A DNA stretch of 64,000 nt, taken from assembly GCA_951406725.2 (NCBI GenBank), contig OX597824.1, positions 52,142,001 to 52,206,000 of the forward strand, read 5' to 3'. The stretch is from Octopus vulgaris. Taxonomy: Eukaryota. Shown here in pieces: positions 24,952-40,486 of the stretch (the stretch's first letter is position 1; the number at the start of each line of letters is the position of its first letter). The translations under genes were made by a program, and so were the position numbers. The notes under the pieces were generated by a model. It searched no databases. It worked only from the letters and a program-made list of their open reading frames with translations, and was not told where the DNA came from.

Positions 24952-25027
24952 GTCTCTGATGACGGAATGCCCAGTGCGTGGACATACTAACCTACCACTT
25001 AGGTTATCCCAGAAACGGCTATAAGAC
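24952..25027 (+). ncRNA. Type I hammerhead ribozyme motif; inverted partner at 24140-24215 on the minus strand
   Basis: gtct-CTGATGA-[stem II]-GAAAC-ggct-ATA-agac; partner gtct-CTGGTGA..GAAAC-ggct-GCA-agac. The consensus restores CTGATGA and GTA, with a perfect stem I gtct/agac. Confidence 0.7.
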
Positions 25028-25305
25028 TTCAAATTCACCTTACCCTAATTAGATTATTCTAAATGACTTGAGATACTCGTTCTACCTTGGTTTTTGATTT
25101 TTCCTGTTTAAAAATTCCAAAAATATTTGCAAATATATTTGTTTCAAATGTTGGCATAAAGCCAACAATTTAGGTAAATCGATTACATTAATCACATTGC
25201 TCAACTGGTACTTATCGACCAAGCCTACTTTTTGCTAAGTTAATCAAGCTGTATATCAAGCTTATCTTAGAAGTTATATTTGTGATACTTTAATGAAATA
25301 CAAGT

Positions 25306-25570
25306 TTACCCGAGTAATAAAAACTGGGTTTCTATATTAATATGAATGGGTGTTTTTCTATGTATACTTGACATGCTGTTAGAAAGAAGCGTGGACTGTG
25401 TAGATATGTCTGCCTTGTAAATGTTGCAAAAAGTTTCCTTGGACATTTTCATGTCTTTGTGACACTTTTAGAACCTTCTTGAAAAGAATTTGTGTGAGAA
25501 TGGTATCTTACCTTCCTCATCACTTAAAATCTGTCGTTCTCAAAATCCACCAAAACCTTGTTTCTTGAAG
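25306..25570 (-). pseudogene. Decayed coding relic, possibly PIF/Harbinger transposase N-terminal part
   Basis: Frame FFSRRF*KCHKDMKMSKETFCNIYK...PIHINIETQFLLL resembles the FRMSKETF...ISxExQL pattern; weak. Confidence 0.3.
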
Positions 25571-26039
25571 GGCAATTTCTAGTCACCTATTCATAACACC
25601 CCTCCCCAACATAAAATAACATTACTCACCCATCACTTTATTTATTACACCCCATCCGCCTCTCACTCGTTCTAATCTTCCTTTTCATGAACTAATCAAC
25701 ATCTTAGCCTCTCTTCTATTTTAATCGACGTTTAAGTCTACCTCCTTCTTCCCCTGCCTCATCAGAATTACGTATCTATTATTTCCGTACACCACACAAC
25801 ATTTTTTTGTGTTATAAGCTACAAACTCTCAATACATATTAATCTGTTGCATTTTACAGAATTTCCTTTCTCGCTCTGTTGTTATATTTTTGTCTCCGTT
25901 CCTTGTTGATTACTTGTTTCTGGTGACACTGGTTCCTTTCATTTATTTCCTTTTACTTCACTCCCTCTCATTCAGTTTTTCTTTGTTACGTACAATTTTT
26001 ACGTACAATTCCCTGTACAATTCCTTGTTCTATTTCTTT

Positions 26040-26295
26040 TTACTCTCACTCACTAACTCACTCAATCTCTCACTCACTCACTCACTCACTCACTCATTCA
26101 TTCATTCATTCATTCACTCACTCTCTCACTCACTCACTCACTCATTCATTCATTCACTCACTCAATCTCTCACTCATTCACTCACTCTCTCATTCATTCA
26201 TTCACTCACTCACTCATTCATTCATTCACTCACTCACTCAATCTCTCACTCACTCACTCACTCACTCACTCACTCACTCACTCACTCACTCACAC
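26040..26295. repeat. (TCAC/TCAT)n tetranucleotide microsatellite
   Basis: Direct read; source of the spurious ORF 25890-26501. Confidence 0.95.
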
Positions 26296-26707
26296 TCTCT
26301 CGCTGTTTCAGTTTTTCATTCTCGTTTTCATTCTCTTTCCCTTCTTCCCTTTTTTCTTCTGCTTTCTACAGCCCTTATTTCTTTTCTTTATTCTATCCAC
26401 TCCCCTCGCACTCCCTTCTAAACATTCGCTTTATAATATATAAAAACCTGTCTCGCCCTATACACTTCTTTTTCTTCTGCACCACCGCCACCACCCTATA
26501 ACTAACGTGTTTCTTTATTCATCTCTTAATTTGTTTTAAATCTTAAACTTGTAAATTTTATTTATAAACAGTCACAAGTGAAATGCTGTTCTGAAAATCG
26601 TTAACGGGAAAATTTGAGTATAAACTTAGACCGTCTAATGTATTTACTATATATATATGTGTGTGTGTGTGTATGTGTGTGTGTGTGTGTGTGTGTGTTG
26701 GGGGGTG

Positions 26708-27903
26708 TTAGGACATTAAGAATGAAATGTCAGATTTTCCTATTCACCAAGTTTGACAATTACATCATCACTTTCCGAAATGCATTCCGATTATATTGTA
26801 AGTTTTCTCTTGTAAATCAATTTTTCTGAGCCCATGGCTAGTTCAAAAATTCATCTTGCTTATCAATATGAGTTCCGTCGTGGAACCAATGCATCCTAGA
26901 CAGCTCGAAAGGTCAATGAGGTGTTTGGTGAAGATGTGACGAATGAGCGCACTGTACGTCGATGATTTGAGAAGTTCCGGTCTGGTGACTTTACTCTCGA
27001 AAATCAGCCCCAAAGTAGACCTGAGACCAAGGTGGATAATGATCAGCCTAAAACTGTAGTGGAAGCTGATACATCTCAAACTACGCATGAGTTAGCAGCA
27101 AGGTTTGATATTTCGATTCCATCTGTTATAGGGCCATCTGAAACAGATCACCAAGGTAAAGAAACTGGACAAGCGGGTACCACACGAACTGAACGAGCAT
27201 CAAATGATATGTCTTGAAACTTACTGTTCTTTGCTGTCATGGCACAAAATCGAACCATTTTTCACCTTATTATTATGTGTTAGGAAAAATTGATTCTTTT
27301 CAACAATAGCAAGCATTCTGCATGCTAGTTGGATAAAGTCGAAATGCCAAAACACAATCCAAAACAGGATATTCACCAAAAAAAGCTAATGGTATCCAGC
27401 GCTGGTGTCATCTGTTACAGCCTCACGAGACCTGGTAAGTCAATTGCAGCGGATGAATACATCAACCATTTGGATGAATTAGTGAACTTGTAATTAAACA
27501 ACCGTGATTGGTCGAGAGAGACAGGCCAATTCTCTTGCAAGACAATGCTCGACCACATGTTCCAGAAGACTATTCAAGATACAGGAAACTAACTTGGAAG
27601 TACTCTGTCATCCACCATACTCACCAGACCTTGCACCAACTGACTATCACGTTTTCCAGACATTAGACAACTTTTTGCAAGGAAAAAAACTTCAAATCTC
27701 AAGAAGATGCAAAAACAGCCTTTCGTGATTTCATCTCCTCTTGCTCTCCAAAATTCTTCGTTGCCGGCATAAATAAGCTACCAATATAATGGCAAAATTG
27801 CATTGATAATTTAGATGCACCCTTTGATTAGCTGCATTGCTTTTTGTTGAGATAAAGTAAAATATACTTTCAGTTCAAAATCGGACATTTCATTCTTAAT
27901 GAC

Positions 27904-27907
<4 letters not shown>
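26708..27907 (+). mobile_element. Near full-length decayed mariner
   Basis: TIRs ttaggacattaagaatgaaatgtc / gacatttcattcttaatgacctga. Motifs KKLDKRVPHEL, QDNARPH, HPPYSPDLAPTDYHVF. Confidence 0.93.
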
Positions 27908-27961
<54 letters not shown>

Positions 27962-27984
27962 CATACATACATACATATATATAT

Positions 27985-28177
<193 letters not shown>

Positions 28178-28194
28178 TATATATATATATATAT

Positions 28195-30158
28195 TACCCA
28201 AGAAGCTTGGGTAATAGAAAATATAAAATCAAACCCTAAAGCTTTCTTTAAGTTTGCCAAAGAGACAGCCACAGTGCACCAGAGAATAGGACCTCTCTTC
28301 CAAAAAGATGGCTCTCTCACAGGAAATCCCACGAGGATAAGTGAAATACTGAACGAACAGTTCCAAAGTGTGTTCACTACACCTCTAGGACACAGGCAAG
28401 TAAACAACCCAGAAGAATTCTTTGCCACTTTACCAGCGGCCAAAGAGACAAAAATTGAGTACATCAACATCGAAGAAGATGATATCACACTAGCCATTGA
28501 TGAGATTGACACAAACTCAGCTGCTGGACCTGATGGATTCCCAGCGATCCTTCTCAAATCGTGCAAACGAGCCCTTGCAAAACCGCTACAGCTTCTTTTT
28601 CAGAGCTTTCTTGCAAGTGGTAAGCTCCCAGTCAAACTGAAAGAGGGGGTAATATGCCCTATCCATAAGGGAGGTAGCAGAGCAGATGCTAAAAATTATA
28701 GGCCTATCTCTCTGACCTCACACATCAGCAAAGTCATGGAACGAATAGTCCGTAAGAAACTAATCATGTTCCTTGAAGAAAATGACTTACTGTCTGACAC
28801 CCAGCATGGATTTCGACCAGGTAGAGGCTGCCTAACACAGCTCCTGCAACACTATGACTGGGTGTTGAAACAGCTACTAAATGGCTCAAATGTGGATGTA
28901 ATATATCTTGACTTTGCAAAAGCCTTTGATAAAGTCGACCATGGTATGATCTGTCACAAACTGCGTGGTCTCGGCATAGGCGGGAAACTTGGAGAGTGGC
29001 TGCACAACTTCCTAAAAGACAGAAAACAGGCAGTTGTGAGCAATGGAGCCACCTCCAGGGAAACGCAAATAACAAGCGGTGTCCCACAGGGCACTGTCTT
29101 GGGGCCACTGATGTTCATAGTGGCCCTTTCAGACATGCCTTCAGTTGCTACGATGACCACCCTTGCTAGCTATGCAGATGACACAAAAGTCTCCCACGCA
29201 ATACAAAACCCTGAAAATATTGCGCATCTGCAACATGAGCTGGACACAATATACAGGTGGGCTGAGGACAACAACATGCAGTTTAATGCAGGTAAGTTCC
29301 AGGCCCTGCGCTACTGGCACACAAAGGTAAATGACGTGAAGACTGGATACACTGGCCCAGGAAGAATTGCAATCCCTGAGTCAAAATCAGTGCGTGACCT
29401 GGGCATTGACATGAGCAATGATGCATCTTTCCAAATGCATATTGCTAATCTGGTGATAAAATGCAGACGGCTAGCTGGATGGATTCTCCGAACTTTCAGA
29501 ACAAGAGAGAAGGAGACACTGATGGTCCTATGGAAAACATTTGTCCTCAGCCGCTTGGACTACTGCTCCCAACTTTGGTCACCACACAATATAAAACAAA
29601 CAGCAGAACTCGAAGCAACTCAGAGAAGCTACACAAAGAAAATCGTCTCAATGCAAAATGTCAGCTACTGGGAAAGACTGAAGGTATTAAACCTCTTCTC
29701 CCTGGAGCGGAGGCGGGAGAGATATGCAGTGATATACATCTGGAAAATCCTGGAGGGTCTTGTCCCAAACTTTGGCATTCAAAGTTACTCCAACCGCAGA
29801 ACGGGCGCCGCTGCGTGGTGCCAAGGATTCCAACATCACCATCAAAATACAGGTCCAGATACTGCAACAGCTTGGGTTTCAGAGGACCACAGCTCTTTAA
29901 CATCCTCCCTAAATGCCTGAGAGACTTACATGGTGTGGATGTGGGTTTCTTTAAAACTAAACTGGATCTCTTCTTGTTGGGAGTCCCAGATGAACCTACC
30001 TCACGACAGGAGACACGGATGCGGGCAGCAGCATCGAACTCCCTTGTTGATCAAGTGCCACGTATCAGAGGTGGATTCACAAACTAGTGTAGCTCATTCA
30101 GCGGTGGTGCCCCAGCATGGCCGCGGCCTTCGGGCTAAAACATTTTAAGGATTAAGGA
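28195..30158 (+). mobile_element. 5'-truncated CR1-group LINE in a (TA)n tract; RT ORF with one frameshift near 29805
   Basis: [62 protein letters not shown]-terminus continues in frame 29461-30087. Short 3' UTR and (TTAAGGA)2 tail. Confidence 0.93.
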
Positions 30159-30592
30159 TATATATATATATACACACATATATATAATAGTAGAAAATTT
30201 ATAGAAAAATAAAAGACGAAGACAGGTGCATGAACAACAAATAAATGTAGTAGTTTGACGGTCGGGAAAGTGAAAAAGTCTTTTACGTTTCGATGTATGT
30301 ATGTGTGTGTGTATTTGCGTATACATATGTGTATATATATACATATATGTGTGTGCACGCACGTTTACTTCATCTTTAAAGTTCAAACACTTACCTTGAC
30401 AGATCAACATCCAACACAACAGCTGAACACATGTATATGAAAGATTCTCATACAAATAAGCCAAAAACATAAACCAATTCTGTTTGTAAAGAACGGAAAA
30501 GAAGGGAAACAGATACCACATACGTGCGGATAATTACTGCATACCATAAACAAGCCCCAGCAAAACGCATAACCGCAAAACCAAACAGTATG

Positions 30593-30666
<74 letters not shown>

Positions 30667-30674
30667 TTATTTAT

Positions 30675-30748
<74 letters not shown>

Positions 30749-31059
30749 GTCTATCTATACATAGATACATAGATACATACATGCATACAGACAGACAGAC
30801 AGATATACGTATGCGTCTTTTTTTTTGGAAGTCACAAGGAATATACATAAGTTGTGAAAGTACTTGAAGAACAAAGGACATAAAGTGACGACGTCTAAGA
30901 TTATTTGCATTACACTTTCGACTTATTTCTTGTCCTGTGCACTTAGTAATTAAATATCGATATAGCAGACATCAGTACGAATCAGCAATAATTTGTGTGC
31001 CAAATTAATAAAAACAAAACGCTAAATTCCGATTTACTTTGATTGACTCGGTGAGTAGC

Positions 31060-31105
31060 TTAGACTGAAGAGACACAAGCAGCCCGAAACATTGCGTTGT
31101 CTTAA
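31060..31105 (+). ncRNA. Compact, slightly decayed hammerhead motif
   Basis: ttaga-CTGAAGA-gac..gccc-GAAAC-a-ttgcgt-t-GTC-ttaa. Confidence 0.5.
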
Positions 31106-31547
31106 ATTACCTTTACCTCAATGAATCGAGTGCGCTGTGAACACCCATTTTAGGAAAGGATTCGTTCTCCATGGACAAACTACAACAACGATTCATATAT
31201 TCGCGTTAAAATCTGCCAGACTGATTCAAAAATGCATATTTACGTCATTGTTACTTCTTCGTTATCTCAAAATTCATAGCATTATTGTAGATTAAAAATA
31301 TACCTTATAAACTCATTGACACTTTGAAATAGTTATAATATGATCGAGCGTTAAGCTTGTTTTTAAAGAAAACTATTAGAATATACATCTTCCTATTGAA
31401 CTTCCTTGTACTTTTTATTTCATTTAATTATTTTACACCACACAAATACAAACTGATCTATACTCTTGGATGTACAAATATATATACATATAAACACACA
31501 TGCACATATATGTATGCGTGTATGTGTGTGTATGCATGTATGTATGC

Positions 31548-31593
<46 letters not shown>

Positions 31594-31874
31594 TCAGTAC
31601 CTTGCCTTGATACAGTATATTTTTGCTTGTTATTTCAACTCAGTTTCCAGATTAACATTCCACGCTTATTCCTAATTTGTGTTATAATTGTATTATTCGC
31701 GCAGGGAGAGGCTAGATTGCTATTAACGCGATTTATGTATATGTGTGTGTGTGTGTGTGTGTGTGCGTGTATATATATATATATATATATATGGAGAGAG
31801 AGAGAGAGAGATTATCTTTTATGTATTTCAGTCATTAGTCTGCCGCCAACCTGGGGTGTCGTCTTGAAGAACTT

Positions 31875-32165
31875 TTAGAATGAATCGACTCCAGTTCTAA
31901 TTCTATAGTGAGCCTTGCACTTATTCTATTTTCCACCTTTGTCAAATCGCTAAGTTATGAGGACATAAACACATCAACACCTATTGTCAAGCGTGGGAGG
32001 GGACAAACACAAACACAAGGACACATGCCTACGAAATCCACTCACAAAGCTTTGGTCGGCCCTAAGCTTTAGTAGAAGACTCTTGCCCAAGTTTCCACGC
32101 AGTGGGACTAAATCCGGAATGATGTGGTTACAAAGCAAGCTAATTACCACACCCCACGCTTGCGC
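31875..32165 (-). mobile_element. SINE family B, decayed
   Basis: aaatccactcacaaagctttggtcggccc...cacgcagtgggact...accacaccccacgcttgcgcc. Confidence 0.85.
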
Positions 32166-32180
32166 CTATGTATACATACA

Positions 32181-32235
<55 letters not shown>

Positions 32236-32339
32236 GTATATATGTATATATGCATATTATATCATATTATATATATCTGTGTGTGTGTTTGTGTGTGGGT
32301 CTATCATGCATCTCTCGGGCTCTCGCCTTCGCATTTCCC

Positions 32340-32523
32340 TTCAGTAAGGGAGGTAAGTCGATTACATTGACCTCAGTGCTCAATTGGTACTTTATTTATC
32401 AACACCGAAAGGATGAAAGGCAAAGTCGACCTCGGCGGAATTTGAACTGAGAACGTGAAGAGAGACGAAACACCGCTAAGCCTTTACCCGTCGTGCTAAC
32501 GATTCTGCCAGCTCGCCGCCTTA
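32340..32523 (-). mobile_element. SINE family A
   Basis: gaaaggatgaaaggcaaagtcgacctcggcggaatttgaact...ctaacgattctgccagctcgccgcc. Confidence 0.9.
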
Positions 32524-32555
32524 GTAGTAGTAGTAATAGCATCAGCAGCATCATC

Positions 32556-32614
<59 letters not shown>

Positions 32615-32660
32615 AAATGATAATAATAAACAATGTAACATATATACACACACACACATT

Positions 32661-32729
<69 letters not shown>

Positions 32730-33571
32730 ATAAGGAGAGACTGAGACAGACAGAAAATAGTAGGTTCTTATTTATGTGTGTGTATTGTCCGTGTGTATGT
32801 GTGTATGTATTCGTGTGTGTGAGTCTGCCCGTGAGTGTAAATATACCTTATTTCTTTCATGCATACGCACACATTCCCACAGAAGCTCACAGACATATAT
32901 CATTGTGTTATAGATGCCGCTAACGTTTGCTCCTGTTGTTATCGTAAACTTACTGCAAAGAGCAAAATAGCCGCGCAAAACACACCAATCAACGCAGAAA
33001 ACACACACACAGGGAACGACATACATGCATATGATAATACATGCACACACAAATCAGAAAGTGTGCTGTAATAACACTCTGTAGCTTCCACTTACAGAAC
33101 AAGCAGCCTCATATTACCGCTTATGTCACTAAAACAATAAACCTGACGAAAGTGTTGACTTCTCAACTATTCACTACAATCGGCAAAGTTTCTTTGATGG
33201 TCCATCAACTGTCGAACACATTGTCGATGTGGCAATCCCACCGAATACAGAACAACTACAGTCACAGTGTGTTTGTAATGTGCATTTGTGTTTGTTTGTG
33301 TATGCGTGTATATATGTTTCTAAGTGTGTTTGTGCGTGTATGTTTGTATGTGCATTTTGTATCTCCAACAGTATGCATATGTGTGAGTGTTACTGTGCGT
33401 GAGTATGTTTGTATTCATTGTAAGATTTGTATGAGCTCGCCAATTATATGTAAACAAATATAGATATGTATGCGTATATGAATGTTTGTATGTGTACTTA
33501 ATACGATGGTGTGCGTGTATGTGTGTGTATGTGTGTGTGTATGTATACATATATGCATAGTGTGGAAGAGA

Positions 33572-33614
<43 letters not shown>

Positions 33615-33775
33615 AGAGAGAGAGGGTGAAGTTTAGAATTAGAAATTAAAGGTGATAAGATTAGTTTGAAATCTGGTTTTCTAAACTTTGTTGGAAGTAT
33701 AGATATTGGATATATATAAAGTGAGAAAAATTAGAAATTAACTATTGCAATATCAATATCTATAATAATGATAAA

Positions 33776-33862
<87 letters not shown>

Positions 33863-33863
<1 letters not shown>

Positions 33864-34418
33864 TGCCCTGATGCAGTACCAGGCAGTGGCTCTCATGGCT
33901 TCTGATCTTAACTGATTGGAAGTGTTATCATGTACATTGTTTTGTCATGGTATAAAAGATGGGCTACAGCAAATATTCTGCTCAATACCACAGATTTGCT
34001 TGTCAGTTGTTTGACCTTAACCAATTGAGCATGTCCTTTAGTGGCTGACAATACGTGCATCTCTGATCACGAGCAGAAGTAGTGGGGGAGCATCATAGCC
34101 ATGTGTTGAGAGGGATTCTTTGGAGTTTGAATAATTCACCTCTGGAAACATGAGTGTTTCGTTCAACATCCTAAAGCAACCCTTATTCAGGGACCTTTTG
34201 AGCAGAATGGGCTACTCGACCTGAAGAAAATTCTAACTGGGCCCCACCTGCAAGGTCATGTGCTGTTTATCTTGATATGAGATCACCATGTCGCGCACAT
34301 ATGGTTGTGATGCATGTGCCTGGTGTACCCTTATCAGACGGGTAGTCATGATGGGTATGCTGGGCTTTGTATATTTTACCCCAGTGTCACTTTGATGGCA
34401 TGCACTGCTCTCTCACTC
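33863..34418 (+). mobile_element. 556-bp non-coding TAA-embedded retroposon, copy 1
   Basis: atgccctgatgcagtacc...ctctcactc; same length and ends as 39575-40130. Confidence 0.85.
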
Positions 34419-34483
<65 letters not shown>

Positions 34484-34499
34484 TGATGATGATGATGAT

Positions 34500-36558
<2,059 letters not shown>

Positions 36559-36604
36559 TATTATTATTATTATTATTATTATTAGCTTAATAATAGCTCA
36601 TACT

Positions 36605-38525
36605 CAGCGCAAATTTTTTTCTGTAAGCATGAGATCATGGAGAACCACACTGACTTTGAACAGTGACAATGAATCTCTAAATGCTGGTGATTTCATATGG
36701 CATTTTCGGGGTGACTCACTATCACCACTACTGTTTTGTCTAGCTTTAATACCTCTCTCAAAATTGCTCAATGATGCACAATACGGTTATAAAATGTTTG
36801 ATAGAAATATAAATCATCTCATTTATATGGTTGATTTAAAGCCCTTTGTAAAAAAATGACCAACAACTCAATGGCTTACTAGCGATTGTTAAACAATTCA
36901 GTGCTGACATCAGGATGAAATCTGGCCTCGATAAATGTGCAAAAGTTACCTTTATCAAAGGAAAGATGACAGAATCATCTAACGTTAACCATGACCAGCA
37001 GAATGTCATAAAAGAGTTAGAACCAGCGGAGAGCTACAGATATCTAGGGGTTATTGAAGGGGACGGAGTCAAACATGTGGTGATGAGGGAAAGGATCAGA
37101 AGAGAATGTTATTGCAGGGTGAGAGCAATACTGAAGACAGAGCTGAATGCAAGAAACAGGATAGAAGCGATCAATGCTTTAGCCATATCAGTCGTGACTT
37201 AGAGTTTCAATATCATTAACTGATCAATTTCTGAAATATGTAATCTTGACAGAAAAAAAAAAGAAAAATGTTGACAATGCATAGAATGCATCACCCTAAG
37301 GCAGATACAGATAGACTTTATATGCCAAGAAAAGGGGGAGGCCTTCGACTTTTACAACTGGCACTAACAATGAAGATTGCTACAATCGGCCTAGACACCT
37401 ACCTGAAAATCTCTGAGGACTGGATGTTAAAACTTGTCTCAAAACATCATACTCAGTAACAAAACAGGCAAAGGAATATCAAGGAATATCTAAGTGAATT
37501 CCAAATACAACATATTCCAGAATTAGACGTACTAGAAGCATGTAAACCCGTTCTAAAACTGCTGCCTTATATATTCTGACTAAATGGCAAATACTCAAAG
37601 ACAGCTAATAGTGCTGATTTTGATAAAGCCCTTACTCATCAATGGTTAGTGTCTTCTGGCTTAAAATCAGAAACAGAAGGGTTTATCTTAGCAGCCCAAG
37701 ATCAACGCCAACCTACAAGGAACTACCAGGCCAACATATTATAGAACGGTAGCTTCCCAACATGTCGTGTATGTCAACAACAAAATGAAACCATTGATCA
37801 TGTTGTCTCCATGTGCAGTCTTCTAGCGCCTACAGAATATCTTAACAGGCATGATAGAGCTGCACAATATATTCACTAGGCACTTTGCAAAACCCTGGAC
37901 TTGCCCATGATAAAAACTGGTGGGAACACAAACCACCTCCAGTGCTTGAAAATGGTCACATCTCACTCCTCTGGAACTTCACCATTCAAACTGACTGAAT
38001 GATTGATGCAAATAGGCCATACATCATATTAAAATACTTCAGACAAAAATCATGCCACCTCATTGATATGACTGTCCCAATCGATATCAATGTATCTGTC
38101 AAGACCTTCAAAAAAACTGAGCGACTATAACGATCTTGAAATAGAAATTAACAAAATGTGGAACCTTAAGACTAAAACAATACCGGTGTCATAGGTACCC
38201 TAGGAATGATAGCAAAAGGGGCTGATTGCTACCTAGCTCAGACACCAGGAAATCCCAAAATGGCAGAAATTCAAAAGATAGTGCTCATGGGAACAGCCCA
38301 TATTCTACGTAATATACTGTATATGTAATCTCACAATTTAAAACAAACTCATAATTTTCTTATGTTTTCTTAAACATTCTCTAGAACAACACTATGAACA
38401 AAACCAAATATATGACACCCTAAGCATAACACCAACACGAACTTATAACATTTTGTCTCTTGAGGTCTCTGGGTGTGACTTGGAGCAAACTTGTACACAT
38501 GCAAAGCAAAAGTCAAACATAAAAC
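36605..38525 (+). mobile_element. 5'-truncated, decayed R4/Dong-type retrotransposon (RT + CCHC + RLE)
   Basis: GDSLSPLLFCL, HLIYMVDLK, YRYLG, HHPKAD.DRLY, AAQDQ, CRVC..ETIDHVVSMC, RHD; 3' UTR runs into TAA repeats. Confidence 0.9.
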
Positions 38526-38554
38526 TATAATAATACTGATGATAATAATAATAG

Positions 38555-38628
<74 letters not shown>

Positions 38629-38629
<1 letters not shown>

Positions 38630-39503
38630 GTGGCTGCGGAGCTCAGGGCTAAAAGCAGAGAGCGAAGGTTTCATCCTGGCTGCTCAAGACCAAAGCCTAT
38701 TAACCCGGAACTACCAGGCCAATGTGATGAAAAATGGAGCAGACCCAAAATGCTGATTCTGCAACGACATGATTGAAACAGTGGACCACCTAATCTCTGG
38801 ATGTAAAGTCTTAGCACCAGTGGAGTATAAATTAAGACATGACAGAGTTGGCCAATATCTCCACTGGCTAATAAGTCGGCATTACAATATCAAAACTGCC
38901 GACAAGTGGTATAATCACCACCCTGAGGCTGTAACTGAAGGAGAAAATGTAACCATTCTGTGGGACTTTCCAGTACATACAGACCGAACCATCAAGGCCA
39001 ATAAACCAGATATTGTTGTGAAAGACCAAAACAATAAAGTTTGCTTATTGATCGACATGAGCATCCCCTGTGATCATAATATCTCAGCGAAAGAGTTTGA
39101 CAAGCTCAGAAAATATAAAGACCTACTCATTGAAATTGAGAAAATGTGGCATCTCAAGGCGGTTACAATACCAGTGATCGTAGGAGCACTAGGAATGATC
39201 AAGAAGGGAACCGAAAATTATATGAGAATGATCCCTGGCTTACCATCCCTGCAAGAAGTGCAAAAGATTGTCTTAACTGGTACATCACACGTATTGAGAA
39301 GAGCATTGTCGATGTGAGAACTGTTGCTGCTCATGTATTTTAATTTTAATTTAACTTAAAAAAAAAAAAAAAAAAAAAAAAATTAACGAACTACTGAGTT
39401 TGGTTTAATGGCCTACCAATATACACTATGAGTTTCTTTGCCCTAGGAGTCGGGAAGACACTCGGCAAGAAATGGAAGAAAATTTGAAAGAAGAAAAAAA
39501 AAG
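38629..39503 (+). mobile_element. 3' fragment of a younger R4/Dong-type element (RLE domain ORF 38769-39317)
   Basis: WLRSSGLKAESEGFILAAQDQ, C*FC..ETVDHLISGC, RHDRVG, KPDIVVKD..LID, KY; lies between TAA arrays. Confidence 0.92.
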
Positions 39504-39531
39504 TAATAATAATAATAATAATAATAATAAT

Positions 39532-39565
<34 letters not shown>

Positions 39566-39574
39566 TAATAATAA

Positions 39575-40130
39575 ATGCCCTGATGCAGTACCAGGCAGTG
39601 GCTCTCATGGCTTCTGATCTTAACTGATTGGAAGTGTTATCATGTACATTGTTTTGTCTTGGTATAAAAGATGGGCTACAGCAAATATTCTGCTCAATAC
39701 CACAGATTTGCTTGTCAGTTGTTTGACCTTAACCAGTTGAGCATGTCCCTTAGTGGCTGACGATATGTGCATCTCTGATCACGAGCAGAAGTAGTGGGGG
39801 AGCATCATAGCCATGTGTTGAGAAGGATTCTTTGGGGTTTGAATAATTCAACTCTGGAAACATGGGTGTTTCGTTCAACGTCCTTAAACAACCCTTATTC
39901 AGGGACCTTTTGAGCGGGATGGGTTACTCGATCTGAAGAAAATTCTAACTGGGCTCCACCTGCAAGATCATGTGCTGTTTATCTTGATATGAGATCACCA
40001 TGTCGCGCATATATGGTTGTGATGCATGTGCCTGGTGTACCCTTATCAGACGGGTAGTCATGATGGGTATACTGGGCTTCGTATATTTTACCCCAGTGTC
40101 ACTTTGATGGCATGCTCTGCTCGCTCACTC
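39575..40130 (+). mobile_element. 556-bp retroposon, copy 3
   Basis: Highly similar to 33863-34418 with identical boundaries. Confidence 0.85.
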
Positions 40131-40159
40131 AATAATAATAATAATAGTAATAATAATAA

Positions 40160-40442
40160 CTGAAATACAAAAGATATGGCATCTTAAAACGAGAACTGTT
40201 CCTGTTTGTATGTGAACTAGGTATGATACAAAAAAGGAATGTCGGACTTGTCTAGGTAATATCCCACATCCTTAGAAGAACCCTAACCATTTAAATGTCT
40301 ATACTGTATTACATGAAGATAGTTTGCTACTTCCTCTCCCCAAACCTTCAGTCATACTGTAATATCTCTTATCCTTTCACTCGCCCCAGGACACTTGGTG
40401 TGTCTCTGCAAGTGACTGTAACAAACATGCAGTAGAAAAAGA

Positions 40443-40486
<44 letters not shown>

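Larger units (their letters stand above)
24062..25105. mobile_element. Penelope-like inverted-repeat element with a hammerhead in each arm; left arm split by a SINE
   Basis: 24062-24220 + 24575-24700 is the inverted homologue of 24822-25105. Confidence 0.8.

Noticed and set aside
25306-25530. TERT-like C-terminal words (NIYK..., RNPVFITR)
   Set aside because: They need several frameshifts; a single-frame Harbinger-like reading fits at least as well.
34218-34240. CTGAAGA in the 556-bp element, and isolated CTGATGA at ~1570, ~8328 and ~46230, as hammerheads
   Set aside because: No properly spaced GAAA, stem III or NUH site.
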